DNA from: an uncultured Bacillales bacterium
GTDB lineage: Bacteria > Bacillota_I > Bacilli_A > RFN20 > CAG-826
DNA length: 64,000 bases
Assembly: GCA_947164155.1 (NCBI GenBank)
Contig: CAMUVS010000005.1
Span: 639-64,638 of the forward strand
Reading direction: 5' to 3'
The notes under the pieces are model-generated. The model made no database searches. It worked only from the letters and a program-made list of their open reading frames with translations, and was not told the origin of the DNA. This document shows, one piece after another, positions 1 to 8,553 of this stretch; the stretch's first letter is position 1; each line of letters starts with the position of its first letter. The position numbers and the translations under genes are program-made.

Positions 1-1001
1 GTGCGATATATATCGCTTTAGGAGCGACAATTGGAACTTGTGTCACAACTTTAATTGCCACTATTGGAGGAACAGTTAACGCTAAACGGTCAGGCTTTAT
101 TTCTTTGGTGATAAAAGTAGTTGCGGCCTTAATTGCAGTTGCAATTATTTGGCCTTTATCTACTCCAATTTCTAATTTCTTCTCTACAAGCTTTGGCTCT
201 TCAGGTTTAGGTTTAGCAATGTTTACATTACTTTATAGTGTAGTTTTCTTTATTGCTTCTATGCCTTTAGTGAAGCCTTTAATTAAAGTATCTGAGAAAG
301 TTATCAAAGATAAAGATTTAGAAAATAAGAAAAATTTACTTCTATATATAGATGAAAGATTATTAAACACTCCTGATATCGCTGTGATGCAAGTTAAAAA
401 TGAAATTTTACATATGTATAATCTTGCAATGTTAAATTTTAGATATGGTTATGAATGCTTAGTTAAAGGTGATAAAACTAATTCAGGATCTATCGCGGAT
501 ACTGAAAGTGATATTGATTACATCAATAGCAAGATTACCGAATATTTGATTTCTTTATCTAATAAAGTTAGCAAAGAAGATTCTAAAGTTGTGGGTTCTT
601 ATTTCCACGTTATTAATGATATTGAACGTATTGGAGATCACGCCTATAACTTCTATGAAAACTCTAAGAAATTAGAAGAAAGTGATTTAAAATTCTCTGA
701 TGTGGCAATTAAAGAGATAGATGTTTTCTTTGATTTAATTATGGATATGTCTGATTTAACTATAGGCATCTTTAAAAACGAAGAATATCAAAAACTAGAT
801 AAACTCCATGAATTAGAAGATAGAAGTGATGTACTCGCTAAAGAGTTAAGCGATAATCATTATAAGAGAATGACCGCAAATGAATGTAATGGGGCTCTTT
901 CAGATGATTTTGCCACTTTAATTAGTGAACTAGAAAGAGTAGCGGATCACTTAACTAATATTGGTTACAGTGTGATTAACCCAACTGGAGACGAAGAGTA
1001 A
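1..1001 (+). CDS. Na+/Pi-cotransporter family protein with C-terminal PhoU-like domain (5' end outside the window)
   Basis: The frame is open from nt 3 (AIYIALGATIGTCVTTLIATIGG, a NaPi-type GAxIGT repeat), so the TTG start at 105 in the ORF track is a window-edge artefact. The C-terminal half has two PhoU-type helices (ERIGDHAYN, ERVADHLTN). Stop TAA at 999-1001. Confidence 0.8.
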   Translation, partial: AIYIALGATIGTCVTTLIATIGGTVNAKRSGFISLVIKVVAALIAVAIIWPLSTPISNFFSTSFGSSGLGLAMFTLLYSVVFFIASMPLVKPLIKVSEKVIKDKDLENKKNLLLYIDERLLNTPDIAVMQVKNEILHMYNLAMLNFRYGYECLVKGDKTNSGSIADTESDIDYINSKITEYLISLSNKVSKEDSKVVGSYFHVINDIERIGDHAYNFYENSKKLEESDLKFSDVAIKEIDVFFDLIMDMSDLTIGIFKNEEYQKLDKLHELEDRSDVLAKELSDNHYKRMTANECNGALSDDFATLISELERVADHLTNIGYSVINPTGDEE

Positions 1002-1008
1002 CTAAAAA

Positions 1009-1027
1009 GGTAAGTCTAAGACTTACC
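1009..1027 (-). terminator. Hairpin between convergent genes (GGTAAGTC-TAA-GACTTACC)
   Basis: Perfect 8-bp stem read directly. On the minus strand it is followed by a T-run (A-run 1004-1008 on +). The 3' arm overlaps the stop codon of the 1023-1493 gene. Confidence 0.5.
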
Positions 1028-1493
1028 AATTAACTTCAATTACTTCATCCACTAGATCAAGAACTTCTTGACTAGGCTTTTCAAATTTATTAACAAGGCC
1101 CACTAATATATCATCAGGAACTCGTAAGGCAACTTCTCTTAAGTTGTTATATTTTCTTGATTTTTCTAGAGTGTTTGGGAATAAGACTAAAATCTTTTTA
1201 TCAAATTCTGGAGTAGTGGATAAATATTTTAATCTCACCGCATTTACATCGTTAAGAGCGTCAACAATTACTGTAACATCTTCACCTTTAGCGGCGTATT
1301 CATGAATTCTTTTTTCAAAAAGTTCCCAAACTTCTTTTTGTTTACTGTGATCTTGGAAGTCACCGTTAGTAACTTCCATTCTTACCTCGTCACTATTAAC
1401 AATATAAGTGTTTGGGTGAGTCGCTTGATACTCTTTGGCCCAGGTCGATTTTCCAGACGCCGGTATCGCGCTTAACATAATCATTGTTTTCAT
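1023..1493 (-). CDS. P-loop kinase resembling the kinase domain of phage T4 polynucleotide kinase (AAA_33-type ATP-binding protein)
   Basis: Walker A motif AIPASGKSTWAKEY is followed by IVNSDEVR, the same layout as the T4 Pnk kinase N-terminus. The protein is 156 aa with no phosphatase domain. Confidence 0.7.
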   Translation of the reverse strand: MKTMIMLSAIPASGKSTWAKEYQATHPNTYIVNSDEVRMEVTNGDFQDHSKQKEVWELFEKRIHEYAAKGEDVTVIVDALNDVNAVRLKYLSTTPEFDKKILVLFPNTLEKSRKYNNLREVALRVPDDILVGLVNKFEKPSQEVLDLVDEVIEVNW

Positions 1494-1621
1494 AAGTTTC
1501 TCCTTTAGTGTCCAACCTTCAAAAGGAATAAGAACAAATCAAATATAAGGGATTATCTATCTTCTTTCAATTACTATTTTTGATTATTTAGACACTTTCT
1601 AAACTTATTCATTTATTAAAA

Positions 1622-1637
1622 ATTACAAATTTGTAAT
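1622..1637. promoter_or_regulatory. Perfect 16-bp palindrome ATTACAAATTTGTAAT, a candidate operator upstream of the flavodoxin/flavodiiron/rubredoxin operon
   Basis: Read directly: ATTACAAA and TTTGTAAT are reverse complements. It overlaps the likely extended -10 (TGTAATAAT, 1632-1640), 27 nt upstream of the ATG at 1664. Confidence 0.45.
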
Positions 1638-1663
1638 AATAATGCTTGAGGTAATTAACTATT

Positions 1664-2170
1664 ATGAAAACATTAATTGTATATTTCTCTCGTACTGGAG
1701 AGAATTCTGTTAATGGTGAAATGGAAGTAATCACCAAAGGTTTTACAGAAATCGTTGCAGAAAAAATCGCTAAAAAAACTGGTGGTAAGCTTTTTAAATT
1801 AGAGCCTGAAATCCCATATCCCACCAATTATCAAGAATGCGTAAAAAGAAGCAAAATTGAAGATCAATATAATGAAAAGGTTGCTTATAAAAACCCACTT
1901 TCATCTTTAGATGAATATGATGTGATTTATTTAGGCTTCCCTTGCTGGTGGAGAACCTATCCTAGAATTGTCGCTAGCTTTATCAAAGATCATTCTTGGC
2001 TAGGTAAAACAGTTTATCCTTTTGCCACTAACGAAGAAGGGGCATTAGGATTAGCTGAACTTGAACTTAAAGGTTCTTTAAAAGGTGCATTAATTAAAAA
2101 AGGCTTTGCTTGTAAAGGGAGCGAAGTAAATCAAATTGATGACAAGCTTAATGCTTGGATAGGAGCCTAA
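1664..2170 (+). CDS. Flavodoxin-like protein
   Basis: N-terminus MKTLIVYFSRTGEN is a flavodoxin-type FMN phosphate loop. 168 aa. SD GAGGT at 1648-1652. First gene of a tightly packed three-gene redox operon. Confidence 0.8.
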   Translation: MKTLIVYFSRTGENSVNGEMEVITKGFTEIVAEKIAKKTGGKLFKLEPEIPYPTNYQECVKRSKIEDQYNEKVAYKNPLSSLDEYDVIYLGFPCWWRTYPRIVASFIKDHSWLGKTVYPFATNEEGALGLAELELKGSLKGALIKKGFACKGSEVNQIDDKLNAWIGA

Positions 2171-2172
2171 TT

Positions 2173-3978
2173 ATGAAGAATGTCACAAAAGATATTTATT
2201 ATGTTGGGGTTAATGACCATCAAATAGATTTATTTGAAGGTCAATATGTTGTTCCTTTAGGAATGGCGTATAACTCTTATGTCATCGTTGACGATTTAGT
2301 GGTGGTCATGGACACAGTCGATCAACACTTTACCAAAGAATGGTTAGCGAATATCAAAGAAGTGTTAGGAAGTAGAAAACCTGACATCTTAGTGGTTCAA
2401 CATATGGAACCAGACCATTCCGCGAATATCATCAACTTCTTAAAAGAATATCCATCTGCAAAAGTATTAGGAAACGCGAAAACTTTTAAGATGATGGAAC
2501 AATTCTTCCATGAAGAAATTAAAAATAGAATTGTTGTTAATGAAGGTGATACCTTAAATTTAGGTAAACACATTTTAACATTTGTTTTTGCACCTATGGT
2601 GCACTGGCCAGAAGTTATGGTCACATATGATAGTTATGATAAAGTCTTATTCTCAGCGGACGGGTTTGGCAAATTTGGCGCTAACGACGTCGAAGATCCT
2701 GAAGGATGGGATTGCGAAGCTAGAAGATATTATATCGGTATCGTTGGAAAATACGGCGCGCAAGTCCAAGCTTTATTAAAGAAAGCTGCGACTTTAGATA
2801 TTCAAATTATTTGTCCACTTCATGGACCTGTATTAGATCATGATTTAGGTCACTATTTAAAACAATATGACACCTGGAGTTCTTATAGAACTGAATCTGA
2901 AGGTGTCGCAGTCTTTTATACTTCTGTATATGGTCACACTAAAAAAGCAGTGGAGTTCTTGTGTGAAGAATTAAAAAGACTTGGTTGTCCAAAGGTTGCG
3001 TGTAGCGATTTAGCGCGTGACGACATGCCTGAATGCGTCGAAGACGCGTTTAGATACGGTAAGATTGTTTTAGCCACAACTACCTATAACGCGGGTATCT
3101 TCCCATTTATGGATACCTTTATTGCTCACTTAGTGGAGCGTAACTTCCAAAATAAGAAAATTGGTTTAATTGAAAATGGTACTTGGGCTCCAATGGCGGC
3201 TAAAGTTATGAGCGATAAACTCTCGGGTTGCAAGAATGTGGAAATTATCGAGCCAAAAGTTAGAATCTTATCTTCGATGACCGAAGAAAATAAAGCGCAA
3301 ATTTCTGCTTTAGCAGAAACCTTATGCGCTGAATATAAAGCTCATAAAGAAATCAAAGAAGAAAAGAAACCAGAACTTGATCCAAAAGCTTTATTTAAAA
3401 TTGGATATGGCTTATATGTCGTCACTTCAAAAGATGGGTCTAAAGATAACGGCTTAATTGTTAATACAGTTTCGCAATTAACTGATTCTCCTCTTAGAGT
3501 CGCGGTTAATATCAATAAAGCCAACTATTCTCATGACATCATTAAAAAGACTGGTGTTCTTAATGTGAACTGCTTAAATATTGAAGCACCTTTCTCAGTG
3601 TTCCAAGAGTACGGCTTTGTTTCTGGCAAAGATAAAGATAAATTTGCGGGTAAAGAAGTGATTAGAAGTGAAAACGGCTTAGTAGTGTTACCTAACTATG
3701 TTAACGCTTTCATTTCCTTAAAAGTTGATAACTATGTTGATTTAGACACACATGGTATGTTTATTTGCTCTGTTACTGAAAGTAAGATTATCAATAACGT
3801 TGAGACTATGACTTATAATTATTATCAAGCGAATGTTAAACCAAAACCAGACACCGCTAAAAAGAAAGGCTACGTTTGTAAAGTATGTGGCTACGTTTAT
3901 GAAGGAGACGAACTCCCAGAAGATTTTGTCTGTCCGCTTTGTAAACATGGTGCGGCTGATTTTGAACCAATAAAATAA
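2173..3978 (+). CDS. Four-domain flavodiiron protein (diiron metallo-beta-lactamase-like + flavodoxin-like + flavin-reductase-like + rubredoxin domains)
   Basis: Diiron motif VVQHMEPDHSAN (HxExDH). Flavodoxin-like segment AVFYTSVYGHTKKA. Split-barrel flavin-reductase-like segment IGYGLYVVTSKDGSKDNGLIVNTV. C-terminal rubredoxin motifs CKVCGY and CPLCKHG. Start moved to ATG 2173 (AGGAG at 2161-2165), 2 nt after the flavodoxin stop. Confidence 0.88.
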   Translation: MKNVTKDIYYVGVNDHQIDLFEGQYVVPLGMAYNSYVIVDDLVVVMDTVDQHFTKEWLANIKEVLGSRKPDILVVQHMEPDHSANIINFLKEYPSAKVLGNAKTFKMMEQFFHEEIKNRIVVNEGDTLNLGKHILTFVFAPMVHWPEVMVTYDSYDKVLFSADGFGKFGANDVEDPEGWDCEARRYYIGIVGKYGAQVQALLKKAATLDIQIICPLHGPVLDHDLGHYLKQYDTWSSYRTESEGVAVFYTSVYGHTKKAVEFLCEELKRLGCPKVACSDLARDDMPECVEDAFRYGKIVLATTTYNAGIFPFMDTFIAHLVERNFQNKKIGLIENGTWAPMAAKVMSDKLSGCKNVEIIEPKVRILSSMTEENKAQISALAETLCAEYKAHKEIKEEKKPELDPKALFKIGYGLYVVTSKDGSKDNGLIVNTVSQLTDSPLRVAVNINKANYSHDIIKKTGVLNVNCLNIEAPFSVFQEYGFVSGKDKDKFAGKEVIRSENGLVVLPNYVNAFISLKVDNYVDLDTHGMFICSVTESKIINNVETMTYNYYQANVKPKPDTAKKKGYVCKVCGYVYEGDELPEDFVCPLCKHGAADFEPIK

Positions 3979-3993
3979 GAAAGGAAAATCACA

Positions 3994-4149
3994 ATGAAAT
4001 ACGTTTGTACTGCATGTGGATTCGTCTATGACGAAGATGAGGGATGCCCAGAAATGGGAATCGCTCCTGGAACTAAATTCGAAGATCTTCCAGAAGACTT
4101 TGTCTGCCCATGGTGTGGCGTCGGCAAAGACATGTTCCAAAAAGAATAA
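3994..4149 (+). CDS. Rubredoxin (51 aa, absent from the ORF track)
   Basis: Hand translation: [51 protein letters not shown]. It has CxxC and CPxC pairs with the conserved aromatic core. AAGGAAA lies upstream and a terminator follows. Confidence 0.9.
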   Translation: MKYVCTACGFVYDEDEGCPEMGIAPGTKFEDLPEDFVCPWCGVGKDMFQKE

Positions 4150-4154
4150 AAAGA

Positions 4155-4182
4155 TAACGCTCCTCGTGAGCGTTTTTTTCTT
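4155..4182 (+). terminator. Intrinsic terminator after rubredoxin (copy A of a 28-nt repeat)
   Basis: Stem AACGCTC (4156-4162) pairs with GAGCGTT (4168-4174), with loop CTCGT and then T7. It matches 4986-5013 at 27 of 28 positions. Confidence 0.85.
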
Positions 4183-4223
4183 AATATTTTTGGATTGCTT
4201 CAAATATTTTTTTAACAAAAAGA

Positions 4224-4251
4224 TTGCCTTTTAGTTTTTTAAAACTATAAT
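4224..4251 (+). promoter_or_regulatory. Sigma-A type promoter for the 4276 gene
   Basis: TTGCCT (4224-4229), 16-nt spacer, TATAAT (4246-4251). AGGAGG at 4261-4266, ATG at 4276. Confidence 0.55.
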
Positions 4252-4275
4252 TGTTGCACTAGGAGGATGTAAGAC

Positions 4276-4965
4276 ATGAGCAATACAAGAAACAAGAAAA
4301 TCATCTTATTAGCTTCTACAGGTTTAGTCACCTTATCAACTATGGCAGTTGTATTATTAGGACAAAATGACGTGGAACTTATGCCATCAAAAGCCGCTGC
4401 TAATACTGGTAGAGTAGTTACTGTTAATAAAGACAACCGTATCTTAGATTACTATAGTAACGGATATCAATATTTTACCGGTTTGTTATTTCCATTAAGT
4501 AATGGTTCTACATATAACTATATTTATCTTGCACAAAATCAAAGTGGAACTTTTAAAGACAATAAATGCGTATTGACATTATGGAGCAATAATTCCAATC
4601 GTGGAACTTGCTATATTTATATGAACACACAATTAGATAGTAACAGAGTGTTTACAAAAGATGAAGAAGGCACTCAAGTTTATGAAAGAGCGACCTTTAA
4701 CCATTTAACTGCGATTGATATCACCTTAGAAAAAGGAAGCGCTCGTCTAACAGATTTAGTTTCAGAAGTTGGTGGTGTTGACAGGGGTAAGTTCACAACT
4801 ATCGATGAGGGAACTAATTACATTAAAAAACATTGGGTTCCAGATAATTCCAAAGGTTATGTTACTAATGACGAGCCTGTTAATTTCTATATTGAAGGTG
4901 TTCAAGGTGGCCATCCAGGTAAAGGTGTCTGGGTAACAGAAATGACTTTCTATTACGATTGCTAA
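4276..4965 (+). CDS. Hypothetical secreted or membrane-anchored protein
   Basis: Basic N-terminus followed by a hydrophobic helix (KKIILLASTGLVTLSTMAVVLLG). Strong SD. I recognise no family. It has its own promoter and terminator. Confidence 0.7.
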   Translation: MSNTRNKKIILLASTGLVTLSTMAVVLLGQNDVELMPSKAAANTGRVVTVNKDNRILDYYSNGYQYFTGLLFPLSNGSTYNYIYLAQNQSGTFKDNKCVLTLWSNNSNRGTCYIYMNTQLDSNRVFTKDEEGTQVYERATFNHLTAIDITLEKGSARLTDLVSEVGGVDRGKFTTIDEGTNYIKKHWVPDNSKGYVTNDEPVNFYIEGVQGGHPGKGVWVTEMTFYYDC

Positions 4966-4985
4966 TCAAAGTAATTATTGAAATT

Positions 4986-5013
4986 AACGCTCCTTGTGAG
5001 CGTTTTTTTCTTG
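4986..5013 (+). terminator. Intrinsic terminator (copy B of the 28-nt repeat)
   Basis: Stem AACGCTC (4987-4993) pairs with GAGCGTT (4999-5005), with loop CTTGT and then T7. The only difference from copy A is one loop base. Confidence 0.85.
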
Positions 5014-5040
5014 CATGCGTATTAATTTCTTGTAATAATA

Positions 5041-5253
5041 TCTTCCGAAGGAAAGAAATTTATTTCTTCTATTCTAAGAGAGCGTTACATTGGTGCAATA
5101 ACGTAATAGAGAATAAATGGGCCACTCCTTGTCGTGTGGGTAATGCCACCGTGAAGTTAACGAAATAACTATTAATTAAGTGTCTCTCCCATATTGGAGA
5201 GGAAATAGGATGGTATCGCGGACTTGTTCGTTCCTATAAAGGAACGTTTTCTT
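5041..5253 (+). promoter_or_regulatory. T-box leader (tRNA-Ala responsive) controlling alaS
   Basis: Promoter: TTGCAT 5012-5017 and TGTAATAAT 5032-5040. Stem I: AG bulge AGAGAG (5079-5084) and distal hairpin CGTTA-cattGGTGCAA-TAACG. Candidate specifier GCC (5122-5124) is followed by A and a closing helix. Stem III: CTCTCC/GGAGAG (5184-5201). T-box sequence AAATAGGATGGTATCGCGG (5203-5221), with UGGU matching discriminator A73. Terminator CGTTCCT-ATAA-AGGAACG followed by TTTT (5229-5250). Confidence 0.75.
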
Positions 5254-5271
5254 ATATTTGGAGGAAAAAAT

Positions 5272-7872
5272 ATGAAAAAGATGTCTTCAAGTGAAATTAG
5301 ACAAATGTGGTTAGACTTCTTTAAAAGCAAAGGACACCACGTCGAACCTGGTAGTTCTTTAATTCCTAAAAATGATCCAACTTTACTTTGGATTAACGCT
5401 GGAGTTGCGGCTTTAAAGAAATATTTTGATGGTAGTGAAGTCCCACCAAGTAGAAGAATTACCAATGCTCAAAAATCAATTAGAACTAACGATATTGAAA
5501 ATGTGGGTGACGCCACTCACTTAACTTTCTTTGAAATGCTCGGTAATTTCTCTATTGGTGATTACTTTAGAAAAGAAGTTATCCCTTGGGCTTGGGAACT
5601 TTTAACTAGTGAAAAATGGTTTAACTTTCCTAAAGAAAGATTATATGTTACTTATCATCCAGATGATTTAGAAACTAAAAAATGCTGGTTAGATGTTGGA
5701 GTCGAAGAGTCTCATTTAATCAAAAAAGAAGATAACTTCTGGGAAATTGGAGAAGGACCTTGTGGACCTGATACTGAAGTCCATTTTGACCGTGGAGAAA
5801 AATTTGATCCAGAACATGTTGGAGTGAAATTACTAGAAGAAGATTTACCAAACTTTAGATATGTCGAAATTTGGAATATTGTTTTCTCACAGTTCAATAG
5901 TGAAATCGGTAAGAAAAGAAGTGAATATAAAGAACTTCCAAGTAAAAACATCGATACTGGTGCGGGCTTAGAAAGATTTGCCTGTGTCATTCAAGAAACC
6001 GACACTGCTTATGAAACCGATTTATTCTGGCCAATTATTAAAAAGACAGAAGAAATATCGAAAAAAGAATATTCCTCAAATAGACGCGCTTTTAGAGTGA
6101 TTGCTGACCATATTAGAACCATTACTTTTGCTTTAGCAGATGGAGAAATGTTCTCTAACGAAGGTAGAGGCTATGTTTTACGTAGATTACTCCGTAGAGC
6201 GGAAAGATATGGACATGTATTAGGAATTGACACTCATTTCTTACATAAACTTGTTCCAGTAGTAGCGGAGATTATGAAATCCTACTACCCATATTTATTA
6301 GATAAACAAGAATTCATCTCTAAGATGGTGCAAGCTGAAGAAGAGAAATTCTTAAAGACACTTCAAAATGGTGAATCTTTACTTATGTCTTTAATTAAAG
6401 ATAGCAAATCTTTATCTGGCAAAGACATGTTTAAGCTCTATGACACATTTGGCTTCCCTAAGGAATTAACTTTAGAAATTTGTGAAGAAAATGGTGTCAA
6501 AGTGGATGAAAAAGAATTTGAAGAAGAAATGAATAAACAAAAAGAGCGAGCTAGAGCCGCTCGAGGCGATCAACAATCTATGAATAAACAATCCATAGAT
6601 TTAATGAATTTCAAAGAACAAAGTTCTTTCAACTATGAAAAAGTTGAATTAGTTAGCGAAATTATTGGCTTATTTGTTAATGGAGAAAAAGTAGATTCAT
6701 TATCTGGAGAAGGCGACTTAATTGTTAAAGAAACTCCATTCTACGCAGAAAGTGGAGGACAAGTTTCTGATATTGGCACTATCTCAAATAAATCTATGGA
6801 AGCAAAAGTTATTTCTGTTTCTAAAGCTCCTAATAAACAACATTTACATCATGTCACTGTTTTATTTGGTGAAATCAAAGTTGGCGATAAAGTTAATCTA
6901 AAAATTGACTCATATAACCGCGAATTAATTAGAAGAAATCACTCTTCAGTCCACTTACTTCAAAGTGCTTTAACTGAAGTTCTTGGTGATCATGTTGCTC
7001 AAAAAGGAAGTTACGTCTGTGCTGATTATATTCACTTTGACTTCTCACACTTTAAAAAGATGAGTGAAGAAGAAATTGCCGAAGTGGAAAGAAAGGTTAA
7101 TAAATGGATCTCTGAAGCGATTGAAGAAGAGACTAAAGTCTTATCCATTGACGAGGCTAAAAAGATTGGGGCAAAAGCCTTATTTGACGATAAATATGGA
7201 GACATCGTTAGAGTAGTTTGTTTTGGCGAAGTTTCTAAGGAATTCTGTGGTGGCACTCACGTTAGTAACACAAGAGATATTGGTGTCTTTGTTATTGAAA
7301 GTGAAGAATCAGTTGCTAGTGGAGTTAGACGTATTGTTTCTAGAACCTCCATTGGCGCTTATGAATTACTTAAAAAACGTGAAAATATGCTTGTGCAAGC
7401 TAGAAATAGCTTAGGTGCTGGCTCAATTAGTGAAGTAAATATTAGACTTAATGCTTTATTAGCAGAGAAATCCGAACTTAAGAAAACTGTTGAATCATTA
7501 AGCCAAAAGCTCGCGAATGCGGAAAGTGCTTCTTTAGATGGAGAATTTGTCTCTTGTGACGATAAAGAAGTATTAATCAAACACATCAAAGATGCGGATA
7601 GGAACGCCTTAGTATCTTTAGTTGATAAACTTAAAGTTACTCACAAGGATTCTGTGATTATCTTTGTCGGTGGCGGTAAAGATTCTATCCCTGTAGTTTG
7701 TAGTGTAAATGGTAACGCTCAAAAAGCTTATAGAGCAGGTGATTTAGTTAAGTCTGTTGCTACTATATTAGGAGGTTCTGGAGGAGGAAGACCAGACTTC
7801 GCTAGTGGAGCAGGTAAAGACGCTACTAAGATTTCTGAAGCATTAGAAGCCGCTAAAGGATTAGTGAAATAA
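5272..7872 (+). CDS. alaS: Alanine--tRNA ligase
   Basis: Class II AlaRS signatures (FFEMLGNFSIGDYF, editing-site HSSVHLL, C-terminal GGGGGRPDFA). Start moved to ATG 5272 (GGAGG at 5260-5264); the track start at 5224 lies inside the T-box terminator. Confidence 0.97.
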   Translation: MKKMSSSEIRQMWLDFFKSKGHHVEPGSSLIPKNDPTLLWINAGVAALKKYFDGSEVPPSRRITNAQKSIRTNDIENVGDATHLTFFEMLGNFSIGDYFRKEVIPWAWELLTSEKWFNFPKERLYVTYHPDDLETKKCWLDVGVEESHLIKKEDNFWEIGEGPCGPDTEVHFDRGEKFDPEHVGVKLLEEDLPNFRYVEIWNIVFSQFNSEIGKKRSEYKELPSKNIDTGAGLERFACVIQETDTAYETDLFWPIIKKTEEISKKEYSSNRRAFRVIADHIRTITFALADGEMFSNEGRGYVLRRLLRRAERYGHVLGIDTHFLHKLVPVVAEIMKSYYPYLLDKQEFISKMVQAEEEKFLKTLQNGESLLMSLIKDSKSLSGKDMFKLYDTFGFPKELTLEICEENGVKVDEKEFEEEMNKQKERARAARGDQQSMNKQSIDLMNFKEQSSFNYEKVELVSEIIGLFVNGEKVDSLSGEGDLIVKETPFYAESGGQVSDIGTISNKSMEAKVISVSKAPNKQHLHHVTVLFGEIKVGDKVNLKIDSYNRELIRRNHSSVHLLQSALTEVLGDHVAQKGSYVCADYIHFDFSHFKKMSEEEIAEVERKVNKWISEAIEEETKVLSIDEAKKIGAKALFDDKYGDIVRVVCFGEVSKEFCGGTHVSNTRDIGVFVIESEESVASGVRRIVSRTSIGAYELLKKRENMLVQARNSLGAGSISEVNIRLNALLAEKSELKKTVESLSQKLANAESASLDGEFVSCDDKEVLIKHIKDADRNALVSLVDKLKVTHKDSVIIFVGGGKDSIPVVCSVNGNAQKAYRAGDLVKSVATILGGSGGGRPDFASGAGKDATKISEALEAAKGLVK

Positions 7873-8294
7873 TGGAAAAATATATTGGACTAGATTTAGG
7901 AACAACAACCTTGGGTGTTGCTAGTAGTGATGTCTTAGGATTTGTACACGGAGTAGAGACCTTTAGATTTCCTAAAGAAGCTTATTCGCAAGCTAGAGAT
8001 TACGTTCATAAGCTAGTGGAAAAAACCGGTGTTAAAAATTTAGTAATTGGTTTACCAATTAATATGGATGGGTCTCAAGGCTTTAGAGCGGATTCTTCGA
8101 AAAGATTTAAAGAGGACCTTCTAAAAGAAGATCCAACCCTAAAAATTGAACTTGTGGATGAACGCTTAACCACAGTGTCCGCCCATAAGACACTTAACCA
8201 ATTAAATGTTTCAGGACAGCAAAGAAAAGGTGCTGTTGATCGAATTGCGGCCTGTGAAATATTAGATTTCTATTTAAGAATGAAAGGAAGATAA
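7872..8294 (+). CDS. ruvX: YqgF/RuvX-type putative pre-16S rRNA nuclease
   Basis: N-terminus MEKYIGLDLGTTTLGVA. TAATG overlap with the alaS stop. Same position as in Bacillus. Confidence 0.9.
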   Translation: MEKYIGLDLGTTTLGVASSDVLGFVHGVETFRFPKEAYSQARDYVHKLVEKTGVKNLVIGLPINMDGSQGFRADSSKRFKEDLLKEDPTLKIELVDERLTTVSAHKTLNQLNVSGQQRKGAVDRIAACEILDFYLRMKGR

Positions 8295-8298
8295 GCAA

Positions 8299-8553
8299 AT
8301 GATTGAAGATGAAAAACAAATAACTATCCGTGATGAAGAGGGAAATGAACATTTAATGGAAATTCTTTTCACCTATGAACACGATGAAAGAAAGAAAAAA
8401 TACGTCTTCTTATATAATAAAGAAACTCCAGAAGATGTAATGTGTATGGAATATAACGACAAAGGCGAATTATTTGAAATCGAATCTGATGAAGAATATG
8501 AAGAAGTAGAAGAAGTCTTCAATGCCTTTATGGATGAAAACGCGACCGACTAA
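8299..8553 (+). CDS. DUF1292-family small acidic protein
   Basis: 84-aa acidic protein (ITIRDEEGNEHLMEILFTYE) directly after ruvX, in the position of Bacillus yrzB. Confidence 0.8.
   Translation: MIEDEKQITIRDEEGNEHLMEILFTYEHDERKKKYVFLYNKETPEDVMCMEYNDKGELFEIESDEEYEEVEEVFNAFMDENATD

Noticed and set aside
3742-4218. A 158-aa minus-strand ORF, together with the many other 60-100-aa ORFs in the track that lie antisense to or inside long genes (for example 1609-1827, 9395-9676, 9987-10277, 37878-38153, 46971-47231 and 56720-56929).
   Set aside because: Each overlaps a confidently identified gene on the other strand or in another frame. They have no SD and show low-complexity, Ser/Leu/Phe-rich composition typical of antisense frames in AT-rich DNA. 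This one also covers the rubredoxin gene and its terminator.
4959-5168. A 69-aa plus-strand ORF between the hypothetical gene and alaS.
   Set aside because: It runs through a terminator and the T-box leader (stem I and the specifier region), so the RNA element explains the sequence.
5224-5271. N-terminal extensions in the ORF track (alaS 5224, flavodiiron 2155, hemW 24881, hrcA 26157, cdd 32565, recO 33897, glyQS 34711, yqeG 51095).
   Set aside because: The extensions cross terminators, CIRCE operators, upstream stop codons or the 3' ends of neighbouring genes. An internal ATG with a properly spaced SD matches the conserved protein N-terminus in each case.
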